DNA of 64,000 nucleotides from NCBI RefSeq assembly GCF_026571515.1, contig NW_026852998.1:310001-374000 (forward strand), written 5' to 3'. A program made the position numbers and the translations under genes. Positions 24,558 to 38,599 of this stretch are shown in pieces. The DNA comes from Ruditapes philippinarum. Taxonomy: Eukaryota. The notes under the pieces were generated by a model, which saw only the letters and a list, made by a program, of their open reading frames with translations, was not told the origin of the DNA and ran no database searches. How positions within the stretch are numbered: the stretch's first letter is position 1; every line of letters begins with the position of its first letter.

Positions 24558-25482
24558 TGTCATTGTCAACACATTCTTCTGTGGAATCAATGTCAACACA
24601 TTCTTCATTGAAATCAATGTCAACACATTCTTCATTCGAATCAATGTCAACACAATCTTCATTCGAATCAATGTCAACACATTCTTCATTCGAATCAATA
24701 TCAACACATTCTTCATTCGAATCAATGTCAGCACATTCTTCTTTCGAATCAATGTCAACACATTCTCATTCAAGTCAATGTCAACACATTCTTCATTCGA
24801 ATCAATGTCAGCACATTCTTCATTCAAATCAATGTCAACGCATTCTTTATTTGAATCAATGTCAACACATTCTTCATTCAAATCAATGTCAACACATTCT
24901 TTATTCTTATCAATGTCAACACATTCTTCATTGGAATCAATGTCAACACATTCTTCATTCAAATCAATGACAACACATTCTACATTTGAATAAATGTCAA
25001 CACATTCTTCATTGGAATCAATGTCAACACATTCTTCATTCGAGTCAATGTCAACACATTCTTCATTGGAATCAATGTCAACACATTCTTTATTTAAATC
25101 AATGTCAACACATTCTTCATTCAAATCAATGTCTACACATTCTTCATTCTAATCAATGTCAACACATTCTTTATTCGAATCTATGTCAACACATTCTTCA
25201 TTTGAATCAATGTCAGCACATTCTTCATTCAAATCAATGTCAATACATTCTACATTTGAATAAATGTCAACACATTCTTCATTCAAATCAATGTCAACAC
25301 ATTTTTCATCAGAATCAATACATTCTTCATCAGAGTCAATGTCAACATATTCCTTATTCGAATCAATGTCAACACATTCTTCATTAGAATTAATGTTAAC
25401 ACATTCTTCATTCAAATCAATGTCAACACATTCTTCATTAGAATCAATGTCATCACATTCTTTATCAGAATCAATGTCAGCA
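24558..25482. repeat. 27-bp minisatellite (AATCAATGTCAACACATTCTTCATTCG)n, about 34 copies
   Basis: Direct reading; produces the 9-aa periodic ORFs in the track. Confidence 0.95.
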
Positions 25483-26421
25483 CTGAACTATGCTTATGTG
25501 AAATTAAAGGGTCATCTGTACCATTTCTACAAACATCATTGTCATTATCATCATCAGAATCTTTATTCATCATTACTGTTATGTCATTATAGTCCAAAAC
25601 ACCATTGATGCAGTTAGCTGATGTAAGATTGGTGGTCATACCCTTAGTGACTCTTATGCCTGAAAAAATGCTTGGCCATCTTCCTTCTGTATAGATTGAA
25701 TATCAGCATAACATGATATGGACCTATTCAGTTTCAGTTTGAATGGAAGGGTAGGTTCGCAGAAGTGGGATGGGGGTAAACATCATTTTCCTTGAATACC
25801 ATTTTCCCACACAAATGTATAATCAACATCATTTACACTTTGATAAGCCATTATTAACATGGATGATATTAAAAGTAAATGAACATAATTATTGTTGCCA
25901 TTTGAAATAGTTGCATTTTCTTAATATTAACATATTGACTGTCATCATTATTATTAATAATGTCGCATTGATTTGATTCTTACCTATACAAACCTGACAA
26001 ACTTGTCTCTCCAATGAAAGTGGATAAGTTTGCTATGCAATTTCAAACTCTGCAGATAGATACTTGTATGCAAGTATTATATTCTTGTCAAGATAAAATT
26101 TAAGATTTTTTTTTTTTATCATAAGGAATACTGAGCTTTATAAAGTTTATCAAGATTAGAATATAAGTCAAATATTAAGCAGAAGAAAAAATAATGGATG
26201 GTTTGTCTCACCACTGCAAAGGCACTATGACTTGTGTTGTGATACCACTATGACTTGTGTTGTGACACATTGTGATATAGATGTTGTGGAGTTTAGTGGC
26301 ATATCAAGATAAATTGCTACACAAAGTGACTTTATATACTGTCACCTAAGCACCAGACTATTTCATCCGCTTCTTGCTTTTGTATAAGCAATTATAATAA
26401 TGTTTCACTCTGGTGATGATA

Positions 26422-26643
26422 TGAGCTGCGTCATGACAAAATCAACATAGTGTGTTTGCGACCAGCATGGATCCAGACCATCCAAGCAGTCTGATCAGGA
26501 TCCATGCTGTTCACTATCAGTTTCTCCACTTATTATATGGTTTGTAAACGAACAGCATGGATCCTGATCAGAGGATGCGTGGGCTGGTCTGGATCCATGC
26601 TGGTCGCAAATGCACTATGTTGGTGTTGTCATAACGCGGCTCA
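26422..26643. mobile_element. Palindromic MITE
   Basis: Long imperfect inverted arms tgagctgcgtcatgacaaaatcaacatagtg.../...cactatgttggtgttgtcataacgcggctca. Confidence 0.85.
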
Positions 26644-29600
26644 ATATTATGATAAAATGTCACAATTCATGTCACATTTCGAATTGTAAATTCAGTTTAA
26701 GATAAATCTCTTTAATTTTAATGAATGCATTGGTAAACAAATGAATCTACTTAGATATAGATACAATATGAAAAAAAAAAACTTAATTGTAATTTACTTT
26801 TATGCTGAAGAGCCATCAGAATTCTAGTCTATGTGAAAAATTACCGGCATTTGGTAATAATTATTCATTGTTTTGTTTCAATTTTTTTCTTTTGGTGATT
26901 CACATGCTGAAGTATAAATTATGGAGATGCAAGTCTTGTGGGGTTGGGGGATTCATTGCTGCTGTTTGATACAAATGACAGTGGTTGTTTGTCTTCTGTA
27001 GTGCTTTTATCCCTTGGCTAGTTTTAAAAGAAGGTTTCATGAATGGAAAGATGATTTATTTTCATTTTAATGGAATAGACCAGATATAAATAAGGATGTT
27101 AACATACAAATTCTTGCATCTCTATAAGCCAGACATTTACCCCCATTTTTGTTTGTAACAAAATGTTTATGTGATCAAAACTCATTTTATTCCTTGCTTT
27201 TCTATGTTCAGAAACATTCAAGTGATGTCGCTGTCCCTGTGTGCCTGTAGTCGTCATGACAGCGTGTGTCCATGCATAAACGTTCTTCATGTTGCCTCAC
27301 GAGCACTAGAAGGCGGCCATTGTGAGCATCTCGTGTATACATGTCAGTCTGCACTTGTGTCTATTTATAAACAATCTGGATTTTAATGGAGCTCATTTTT
27401 TCCTTCTACTTGTTTCTTCATCTTTCTGGTTACTATATTAATGTGTTTTATGTAAACAAATTGTGGTAACCATGGTGCAAGGTCTAAGATATTAACTGTA
27501 TCATTTAGTCATGTTGTATTTGGGTTTTCACTAGAGTATTATGTATATAAATATCATTTTTTTACACAAGTCTTGTGTAGAAGCAAAAAGGAATTTGTGC
27601 TCTTTTACTTTGTTATTTTTTTTCCCCTTAATGTTTTTCTTTGTACAGAGTTTGCTTTTTGTTACATTTTTGTTCTTAAGAAATATACAAGATTTTAATT
27701 GTTTTGTCCGATAAAAATCAATAAAGAATTGAGCACTGCCATTACTTCATTGTGTTAATGCGAGATGTATTATGCCGAAATCAAACTAAAGCTTTTAAGT
27801 ATTGTTTTATTGAGATTTTATTGACTTGTTAAATAAGCATGTAACATGTTTTAATTTCAAACTAAGATATTAATAGATATAAGAAATAATTGAAAATTGT
27901 CATAATTTTATATGACATTACTTGACATTACTTTTTTATATGGCAGGTTTTTTTTCCTTTTTGCATGGTTATTTCTGATAAATTTGTTTACCTTTAGTCC
28001 CTGTAGGATAGGTATTTAATCTGCAATTTGTTTATCACCAAAGATTTTTCTTTTGAGATACAACTTTTTAAATTATAATTTTTCTTTATTTGGGCAGTTT
28101 TTTGTTTAATTGTTTACAATTTAATTGCACAAAAATGTTTCTACAAATTTTGTCATCCATATTAAGACACAAAATTATCATATACTTTCATCATCACAGA
28201 ATTTGATCTAGAATATATTTTGTTGCTAGGAAACAAAACAAAAAAGCCTGAAAATCATTTCATTTAAACAAAATTCAAATATTTGTGATATTGTGTTTTT
28301 TAACATTATTTAATTTTTTTTGTCAATCTTAAATTTGATAACAAAGATGTTAATAGTATTGGACACATGTTTTCTAATCTGTTAGAGTTAAGTGTTATTA
28401 TAAATACAGCATAGATACTATAAGTAAATGTTTAAAAAAATGTATATTTTTCTAAAGATCAGGCTTTTACTTGTTGGAGACAATCATTAGGTTAGATTTA
28501 CAAATCATAACTTTAGAATGTGAGTCTTTTGTATTATTTTAAGGTCATTAAATAATAAAGTAATTGTTTTTTTTGCCACTCAGAAGAAATAAGTCCTTGC
28601 TTAACAGGATTTTTTGAAAATTGATTGTATTAAAATGAAAAAAGGAAGATATTTTATATTTTGAAATTATAAAATGGTAAGGGTGATTTGATGAAAAAAG
28701 AACTGGATGTAGTATATATAAAATTTGTTAATGCTGGCCTCTTTTTGACCTGGAAGAAGTTGTTAGTGGTATGTGTGTGACAATATATAGATTTGTGTGA
28801 CAGGGTTAAATAAAAGAAAGTTTATATTATTGTTATTGTATTCATTATACAGGTGTATAGAGACACAGAAACTAAAATCAAAATGTAGAAAAAAATGTTA
28901 GTTTTATTTGTATTGTTAATGTCATTTACTCAAAGAGAATGTTCATATTCTATCTAGACTAGTAATACTTGAATAATATACTCATTCTGTATACTGATTT
29001 TTGGAATGATAGCAAAGCAACAAGTCAATTTCTGGTTAGAACATCTCAATTATTCAAAAATGTTTCTCCATATAAAACTCTCCTTTTTTGTGTGAACAAA
29101 AGCTGATTATACATGTAGAATGTAGTTACTTAATTTACAAACTTAATAATATGTCTTTACCAAAGATAAATATTTATGCAAATCTGTACATACTTTAATC
29201 AGGCCAGAATAACACTTGCTGAAATTTTGTATTTCCATAAAGAAAAAGTGAAAGTTTTTTAATTTTAAAGCAAGACAGTGTGTTGCAAAGAATGAGTATA
29301 GAAAGGTATGAAATAAAATATTCAAGTTTTACTGGTGTTGTAATGAATGTGTTGTCTAGCTTATGATTTTTGTCAAGTTGTATGTAAAACAGTTAATGTA
29401 CATAAGATGTATACATTTTGTTATACAAACATTATAGATACAAAATCAATCTCATTTATCATAGACAAAATTTTGTTTTCTTTTTTTTGTTTAGTTTACA
29501 CAGATTTTATGTGAGGATCATTTAATCATTGTACAGAGAGCGAAAGGTATCGTCCGATAATTAGCTTTAGTTTTAATTATTTTAGAATATTTTACCAAAG

Positions 29601-32600
29601 ACATATATTTAAATTTGGTTACAAAAAGTGCTTAAAACACTGTTTTATAGTGTGTCAGAGTAAGCTGTGTAACTTCAAATTAAAAATGACTCTCAATAAT
29701 TGTCCCTTTTTATAACTCAAAACTTACATTTTATTTTTGGTAAGTATATATTTATTTGTTGAACTTGTGGTATATGGTACAGCAAAAAACAGTTTGCTAC
29801 AATGTATCAGACATAGTGAAGGGGAAAAAAACCCAAAATTTTTATATTATGAGCTAAAATGTTAAGCAGTAGGTAAATAGATTATAGTCAAGAGCATGAC
29901 AGCAAACAGATACTTGTTTTGTGAAGAAGTATTTGATGTATTCACTTATAACTGATATGAAAGGGAATTGTAGTAATACTTAGGTAGTTGCTAGGGTTTG
30001 TAGATGCAGAAGGAATTGCTTAGTCTATATTAAGATCTGGTAAGTTTTAAATTAACAATAGCTTAAAGTTCAGGAAATGATATTCATATTCAACTTCATG
30101 CAGAGTACATGATTTTCAAAATATAATGTTACTTCAATTTCATACTTCAATTTCATGAACTGTATATCTGTGAAGATCACTTGAATTTCATCTCTGAGAG
30201 TTTTATTTTTGATTTTGAAAAAAAACAAACATTTTTTGATAACATATTAAGAAAATTCAGAGCCGGGGAAAGCTGAATTATTCAATTACATAATTGGAAA
30301 TAATTAGAACTTAATTAAAAGCTGATTGTATTATAATTGCTTTATTTCAGAGTTACAGAAAAGAATGATATTACACATTAACCTCTTTTATTAAAAGTTC
30401 AAGAAATGATCTGAATTCCATAACAGTTGCCATATGATGAATTCTTGCCTTAGTTTTCTTTAAAATGTGTTTTACAGTAGAAATGCTCATATTGTAGCAG
30501 TTATTTCATATTATCTTTTTATTTTGACAATTTTTGTTCATTTTTTTTGTATTATTTTAAAAGTAACATATTAACTTTTCTATTTTTTTAAATAGATCAC
30601 TGTTTTCATTTTAAGGTGAAACAAAGACTTTAACTGAAAGTAGTTTCTTGAAGAAAAGGGAAAAGTTGATATTGTTACTTGTGTATGTAGAAGTGATAGG
30701 GTAATTTTTGTATATACAGAGTTATATTTCATTATATAAGGATATGGTATATTTAAACTAACATGGACTTGGTTGTGTGTGGTGCGGTATGCAGTTTAAC
30801 AGTTTTGTTTTATTTGGCGCACTGAATCCCCCCACCGTAATATTTGTAAAATTAGAACTAAAATTTTATCATCAAGTAATTGAAATTCCTATTGTTTCAA
30901 TGCTAAAAGTGTTTCATGCAACTACCCTTGTGGCATGGGATATAAGAATGATTCAACAAAAACGACTTTTATTTAACATTCGATACTTAGCATCCATCTA
31001 TATAACAACCAGTGAATACTGGTAGCTGTGTAAAAGGATACCTATAAGGTGAATCAAAACAGGATGTTTAATTTGAGTTGGAATGCTATTTTTTCTCAAA
31101 TTGAGAGAAAGAATGGTAGACACATTCTAGAATTTCTTTAAAAAAAATATCAAAAAACTTTTTCATAACATTTATTCTTGAGAACAAGGTAGAAATAAGG
31201 ACATTTTGGCTAAAAAGAGTTGTTTTCATTGAATAGACGATAAAAGAGAGAGATAAAAGAGAGACAGAAAAATTTAATTATTCGATTTTTATGTTTATTT
31301 CAAGAATAACTGCTATGACAAGAGTTCTGAAACATATCAGTGTCACGTTATTATAAACAAGTGTTGTTCCATTTGTTAAGTGTGCAAAATATTGTTGCCA
31401 TGGTTTCATATTGTGACCGTGGTAATGTATTCATGTTTCCGTGGTTACGCACTGATGTCTCCTACACACAGTATCTCAGGAATATATGTCAACTTTGTGT
31501 TTCCCTGGTTACCAAACACGTAATGGCTCTATAAATTATTTTTTCTTGTTTTTTTTTTATTTATTTTATCACTCGTGTTTTCAAATTTTCAAAGTCACCA
31601 AACAAAGTTATGTTACTTGTAAACTGTTGAATGTTAGAAGGAAAAACATACTATTTATAGAGATACATGTATATCATTATATATGTTACATGTTTTAATC
31701 TACATGTCCACAATTCAATGACTGTGATCAAATAAATGTAAAGTAATAAAATGACATTATAGAAAATATCTGTTACATGTATAGGAAGGTTACTCTTTGT
31801 TGAAAAGTATTTTTTGAGTTCTGTTGTTACCATTTTTTTTTGTGTGATAAATTACATTAAATAATGTACATAGTATGATCAAGTTATAAAAAAAATCGGG
31901 TGTGAAATATTGAATGTCAATTTATTGTTGTTTTTTTTTTTTTCGTGAAAAGAATTTTTTAGTTTCCGGGGCCTAAGGACATTTTTTTTGTGATTTTTTA
32001 AAGAGGGTTTTATAATATTGTTTTTGGGGCTTTATTTTTGGAAAAAATTTCGTATTGTTACTTCAGTCGAATAAGTGGAGACGTTTTTTTTTTCATAAAT
32101 TAAAGCCAAAACATACATTATTTTTAAAAAAAGTATGTCCATTCATATGAATTTTCAAATTTAATTTTTAAGTTCAAGACCATTTTTGTGATGTTTGTTG
32201 TTTTTTTTAAAAAATAAATAATGCTAAAATTAGTTTGAATGCATATTGCATTATTTCTATAAAAGTCAATATGAAGTCAAGATTACTTTGTACTTGGTAG
32301 AGATAAAGTTAACCTATGTTGTTCATGATTATGGAAAATGTTACATGAATTCAAAAGCTTTATAAGTTTGTTTGAATATAAATATATAATCTTAAGAGCT
32401 TAACACTCTGGAGAGCTTAAAGATAATCTTTTATCTAAATAACATAAAAGTAGTATGGCAAGTAATACGATTCCTAGTAGACCTACTTGGAAAGTATGAT
32501 TAAAACTTCTTTTATAGATGGTACAAGCTTAAACAAGAAACCTACCTTAAAGTTTAAGGTATTTATAGTGACTGTTAAAGTGAAATAAGTGCAGTTAGAG

Positions 32601-32912
32601 AATTTCATAATTTATATAAAAAAAAAATGTTTCAAATGCAGGATTGTAATTTATGTTAAAAATTCAACAAACGTGATCTTTTGATAAATATGTTTACATC
32701 ATTATCCACTCATATTAACATAATTCCGTAAAGCAATAATTTTACCGTGTTAATTCATATGCATGTTTAAAACTTTTTTTTCAGGGCAAACTTTTATTGC
32801 CACAATGTTATTATTATTAAAGTAATCAGTTTTGAAGATCGATTAAACCACATCAAATTTGAACATTGACATTTCACGATTTGGTTAGCATCCAAAGTAA
32901 AACGAGGAAAGT

Positions 32913-33118
32913 TTAACCCTTAATTTGTTGAATTCTTACATTAATTGGTCAACATTTCTTTTCGGATTTGTACATAAATATCCATGTTAGGATAATAAAG
33001 ATGAAAATTAGTCACCTAGCAGAATAATTCTTGTCAGACTGTGCGCATGTGCAAGATGGCTTGACACTATACTGGTAACTAAGACTTATCACTTCCGGCT
33101 TCAGCAAGATAAGGGTTA
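32913..33118. mobile_element. TTAA-flanked MITE inside the putative 3' UTR
   Basis: ttaaccctta...taagggttaa terminal inverted repeats. Confidence 0.7.
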
Positions 33119-33716
33119 AATGTTCATTGAATTCCATGAAAATACAAAACATTTTAGAAAATCAAAAAAAAAGGTTCATTTGGTGTTGTGAAATGTATAA
33201 AAAGTAATCATCGATCTTAGCTGGACTGGAAGCCAACAGTATAAACCGTTACTGAAAAGTTACTTTCTTAATTTTGCTGTTCCTTTTTTTTTTGAAACGA
33301 GACATTTGATGTGTAGATATTTAGTTGTGTAGGATCTAGTCTGCATTATAAAGAAAATCAAAAACATTACATGTTGGTATCTTCCATAGAGTTGTTGGTA
33401 TATGTTACTCAACGTATTATAGTTTATATATATATCAGAAATATATATGTCGATAAGTCAATATTTAGTTTTGCAATCATGGGGAAGTAATTTTAATGCA
33501 GCAAAAGAATTGTTTTAATGGATTCAAGTGTCCATTTATGGTATTTTTTACTTCTGTTTTAATCAAATGTTTATGTGAATGAAACTTTGATAAGTTTGTT
33601 TTTAAGTTTTTTAGTTTTCATGATAAAGAAATATAATGTGTTTGCCAGTATTTTGGTTTGAGATAGTTTGTATTACGTTACATGTCGTCAGTTACTATTG
33701 TACAGATAAATATGAC

Positions 33717-33722
33717 AATAAA
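33717..33722 (+). terminator. Putative distal poly(A) signal AATAAA
   Basis: Upstream TGTA motifs, downstream U/GU-rich ctctcttgtcttgtg; exact copies at 44854-44859 and 54829-54834. Confidence 0.5.
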
Positions 33723-33799
33723 AAGCATTGAATCAAAACTCTCTTGTCTTGTGATATATTTTCGCAAAACTGAAACTTTGTTTTCTAACAAATATATTT

Positions 33800-36378
33800 A
33801 TTGTCCCCTGCCTTTTCGAAGAAAAAAGGGGGATATAGTAATAGGCTCCATCCGTCCGTCCGTCTGTCAACACTACCGAATAGGGATAGGGGGCCATCTA
33901 ACTGTAAACAGAACAAAAGAGAACAATAGAGTTCATTCCGTAACAATAGAGTAAGGGGCCATTGGCCCTCTATTAAACAATAGAAAATAACAAAAGAAAT
34001 GGCCCCTTATTCCATTTCGGCCGGACTTCCGTCCTTCAGCCCGTCACACTTTCTTGTCCGGTCTATAACTTTGTCATTTGTCAAAGGAATCTGGAAAACC
34101 TTGGCACAAATGTTTGTCATGATAAGACGATGTGTCATGCGCAACAATCAGACCCTTAACTCCAAGGTCAAGGTCGCACTTGCTCATTCAAGGTCAACAT
34201 TGTCTATTTGATGATAAATGTCGTGTCCGGTCCATAACTTTCTTATATTTGAAGGGATTTTGTAAATACTTGCCACAATTGTTCACAATAATGAGACGAT
34301 GTGTCATGCGCAACAACCGGTCACCTACCTCCAAGGTCAAGGTCACACTTGGAGGTCAAAGATTAACATGGTCTATTACAGGGTATATTTTGTGACCAGT
34401 CCATAACTTTTTCATTTATCAAAGGAATCTGAAATAACTTGGCCAAATGTTTGTTATAATAAGATGATGTGTCATGCGCAACAACCAGACCCCTACCTCC
34501 AGGGGCAAGGTCGCACTTGCTCATTCAAGGTCAACATTGTTTATTTGAATGATATATGTCGTGTCCGGTCCATAACTTTCTTATCTTTGAAGGGATTTTG
34601 TAAATACTTGCCACAATTGTTAACAATAATGAGACTATGTGTCATGCGCAACAACCGGTCACCTACCTCCAAGGTCAAGGTCCCACTTGGAGGTCAAAGA
34701 TTAACATAGTCTATTACAGGGTATATTTCGTGTCCGTTCCATAACTTTTTTATAGATCGAAGGATTTTGTAAATACTTGCCACAAATAGTAACAATAATG
34801 AGATGATGTGTCATGCGCAACAACCGGTCACCTACCTGCAAGGTCAAGGTCACACGTGGAGGTCAAAGATTAACATAGTCTATTACAGGGTATATTTCGT
34901 GTGCGGTCCATAACTTTTTTATAGATAGAAGGATTTTGTAAATACTTGCCACAAATATTTACAATAATGAGACAATGTGTCATGCGCAACAACTGGACCC
35001 TTATCTCTAAGGTCAAGGTCACACTTGGAGGTCAAAGATTAACATAGTCTATTACAGGGTATATTTTGTGTCAGGTCCATAACTTTTTCATTTATCAAAG
35101 GAATCTGAAATAACTTGGCACAAATGTTTGTTATAATAAGACGATGTGTCATGCGCAACAACCAGACCCCTACCTCCACGGTCAATGTCGCACTTGCTCA
35201 TTCAAGGTCAACATTGTCTATTTGATGGTATATGTTGTGTCCGGTCCATAACTTTCTTATCTTTGAAGGGATTTTTTTAAATACTTGCCACAATTGTTCA
35301 CAATAATGAGACGATGTGTCATGCGCAAAACCGGTCACCTACCTTCAAGGTCAAGTCAAAGATTAACATAGTCTATTACAGGGTATATTTTGTGTCCGGT
35401 CCATATCTTTTTTATTGTTGAAAGGATTTTGTAAATACTTGCCACAAATAGTCACTATGATAAGACAATGTGTCATGCACAACACCTGCATCCCTACCTC
35501 CAGGTTCAAGGTCACACTTAGAGGTCAAAAGTTAATATAGTCTGTTTTAGGGTATATTTTGTACTTCTTCAGGATTTTGAAATAACTAGGCACAAATAGT
35601 CACAATAATAAGACAATATGTCGGGTACAACACCTGCACCCCTACCTCCAAGGTCAAGGTCACACTTAGAGGTCAAAGATTAACAGAGTCTGTTATATGG
35701 TTTATTTTGTGTCCTGTCTATAACTTCTTCATAGATCAAGGGATTTTGAAAATACTTGGCACAAATAATCACAATGATAAGATGATATGTCATGCGTAAC
35801 ACATGTGTCCCTACCTCATAGGTAAAGGTCACACGTAGAGGTCAAAGATTTACATAGTCTGTTATAGGGTATACTTTGTGTCCAATCCATAACCTGGGAT
35901 TTTAAAAATACTTTGCACAAATAATCACAATAATAAGATGATATGTCAGGCGCAAAAGATGGGTCCCTACCTCCAAGGTCACACTTAGAGGTCAAAGATT
36001 GACATAGTGTGTTATAGGGTATATTTTGTGTCCGATCTATAACTTCTACATAGTTCAAAGGATTTTAAAAATACTTGGCACAAATAGTAATATTAATAAG
36101 ACGATATGTCGTGCACAACACCTGCACCCCTACCTCCAAAGTCAATGTCACACTTAGAGGTCAAAGGTTAACATGATAGAATTTTAAATTCCGTGTTTCA
36201 TTTTACTAGCATTTCTTTAATAAATTTATTGTTGCATTTGCAGATCTAGCATTGATCATAATTTTGGACTGAAAGTCCTGAAATCCATAACTAAATCTTT
36301 TGAAATAGCACAATTTTATGCTTCATATAAAACTTCCCCGAGGCGGGGGACGTTGGTAACTCTGCTACAAATTCTTGT
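33800..36378 (+). mobile_element. HINE-like element with about 13 tandem ~168-bp units
   Basis: Subterminal IR gtcccctgcct/aggcgggggac, (tccg)n microsatellite, aaggtcaaggtca-containing units, ends ttcttgt; empty site in the paralog at ~54903-54925. Confidence 0.9.
33872..34024. mobile_element. Small MITE nested in the HINE microsatellite
   Basis: Inverted ends ccgaatagggataggggccat/atggccccttattccatttcgg interrupt the (ccgt)n tract. Confidence 0.6.
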
Positions 36379-36499
36379 ATGACTGACTTTTGGCCTGATA
36401 AGAAACCTAAACTTCCCAATGTTATATGGTTCAATGTAAAGAAAGGCAAGAAGATAGAAATGAAAAAGAGAGTACACAGTAGATATACTGGATGGTCTG

Positions 36500-36900
36500 T
36501 ATCTGAGCTTCCCTGCATGCACTGAAAAAAACTTGAAACCTTTGTAAGCAAAAGGCAGGCCGGGGCACACTCGTTCTTTTACTTGGGGACCATACTCCGC
36601 TTTTCATTGAATGGCCCGAAGGTGTCACATTGAAGGTTCCATGATAACCGCCGTATGAACACATCTGCGGATGTTTCTAAATTCAAAATTTCACCATTTT
36701 AATGTTGAATTCTGCTTAAGCCGGTGCTACGGGGCGTGGACGGTAGTTTGCACTTGACAGTACCGTCCATGAACAGGCTCAACCAAACCGAGTCTGCAAC
36801 ATTTTCAATTTTGCCGTTTTTGACTTTTTTCAGGGATTCCTGTTTTTTTCTACTTTCGTTGTTGAGTTAAAATACAGTTAATATCAAATTTAAATGGCAA
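36500..36900 (-). pseudogene. Decayed TIR-domain remnant (Toll-like receptor)
   Basis: Minus strand reads KIENVA...VHGRYCQVQTTV (cf. LCxHxRDFxxG) and KW*NFEF (cf. SxWCxFE), with stops and frameshifts. Confidence 0.55.
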
Positions 36901-37329
36901 ATGTAATAACGACACTTCCCTGTCAAATAATCAAGATTTACAATCAAACGGACATTTCATTTATTGTCTGTTCGTTCGTATCTATCTCTGACTACTTTCT
37001 ATGGAAGATTTTTGCTTGGAAGTTTTCTTGAATTTGAGGTATAATTTACGCTGATAACCCCAATGTCTTAAAATAAAATTCAGTCGTTAAAGCAGCATGC
37101 CTCCAGGTTCATGTTTATTTTGGTGAAAATTTTAAAAATGAATTTAAAAGTAAAATATTGTGAAATGAACAAAAAAGTTATTAACATATTGCAAACAACA
37201 CTTCCATTCACTCAAATTACCAAAAAGAGTTCAATATATGCAAAAAAGCCCTTTCTGCATTAGTTACGCAGTAGAAATATGGTGACAAATACTGCAAGAT
37301 TAGACAATAATGGCACATAACATGTAACT

Positions 37330-38480
37330 TATTACTTGAATATTGAATCTTCTAACTTTTCTTACAATTGTATGGATGTTTATCCCGGACTGTTTTGAAA
37401 TATTTTGGCTCATCTGGAGGCATGCAGAGAAAATTAAGTAAAGTACATGTATGTACACATGTTTATCAACGTTTTTTGGTTCTTAAAATATGGTGGTTTT
37501 AACACATTTGAAATGTACACGCGGTAAAAAGCGTGACAATTGTTCCATTGCAACGAATATAGCAAATCGAAAATCACACATTAATGAACTAATTTGGTCA
37601 TGTATGAATTGACCTTTGATTGTCAGAACAAACAACTCCAGGTTTGAGTGAGGGATATGAGTTCTACACGTGATATTCTTTCCCAAATATAAAAATGTCC
37701 TCAAAAATATGCAAAAACGGCCAATATCACATATTTCAGACGAACATAAAATGAACTACAAAGCAGAATACACCAAACATGAAAAACAACTACATGACTT
37801 ATTTCAAAATTGTTAAAAATACATAATATTTCTTTCAGAAAACAATTTAACAAATTAATTATTAATTTACAAGTAATCAAATGTAAGTTAGTAACAAATG
37901 ATGGAAATTCATTTCATCATGCATGTGAAATCAGCTTGTGCTTTAATCTAAAATTAAATTACAACCAGTTCCGGAATGCTATACCTCATTTCAGGATCAA
38001 TTGTCCAAAAAGTTCAGTTTGTCTGTGACAGTTATTACGCTTGTAATCCGTTTCATTTCAATGCAATACGTTTCTATAAGTCATACTCATTTAATAACCT
38101 CTTGAACTTACATATTCTATTGTATAGGAAACGAAAAACTAAAAGAAAAAACTATTGATCAATAATACATGTATTAATTTTCCTTAAGTGAAATTGACTT
38201 GTCAACGAACCTAAAGGAACTTTGGCTTTGATTTTCGAGATTGTAATTTTAAAATAAAAATGAATTAGACAGTGCTTATCAGTATTTTCTAAATGGTGAT
38301 AAATATATCACGGAATGTGTCACAACATGTGATTGTCTGTTTTGTTGTCAATATATGAACAAGTTGTAAGCAGAATAAACGAATTTTAAGAAACAAAATT
38401 AACTTTGAAACGTAGACTGTAATGAGCATAACCTGGTATCAATTGTCAATTCAAGGATTTTACCTTATTTGATAAATGGA
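37330..38480 (-). pseudogene. Decayed TLR-like pseudogene, type A (LRR/LRRCT-TM-partial TIR)
   Basis: Fragments LYNRI, KLNFLDN, IAFRNWL, ADFTC, a hydrophobic segment, then FAIFVAMEQL...KTTIF*E; paralogs at ~45500-46480 and ~56270-57290. Confidence 0.45.
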
Positions 38481-38599
38481 ATCTGCACATAATTTTTTAG
38501 ACTGCATAGTGTGAAAGCTGCACTATTTCTATATTTGTGGCGTATCTAAATTTTAGGGAAGGGAAGTCCCTTGGAATCAATGAAAACCGCAAAAGTACA

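Larger units (their letters stand above)
27212..33745 (+). other. Probable long terminal 3'-UTR exon of the CELF gene
   Basis: Strong polypyrimidine acceptor (ttccttgcttttctatgttcag, AG at 27210-27211), then ~6.5 kb of U/GU-rich, TE-poor sequence ending at TGTA...AATAAA. Confidence 0.5.

Noticed and set aside
24467-25639. Long periodic ORFs (NEECVDIDS, QCQHILHSN, SMSTHSSFE)
   Set aside because: By-products of a 27-bp minisatellite that is open in several frames on both strands. It is not a CRISPR array either, since there are no unique spacers.
33999-36058. ORFs inside the ~168-bp array
   Set aside because: Non-coding internal repeats of a non-autonomous element.
36737-36769. Hairpin tggacggta...taccgtcca repeated in the TIR module, considered as a structured RNA
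   Set aside because: Diverged copies break the stem without clear compensation; shared ancestry of the module explains the recurrence.
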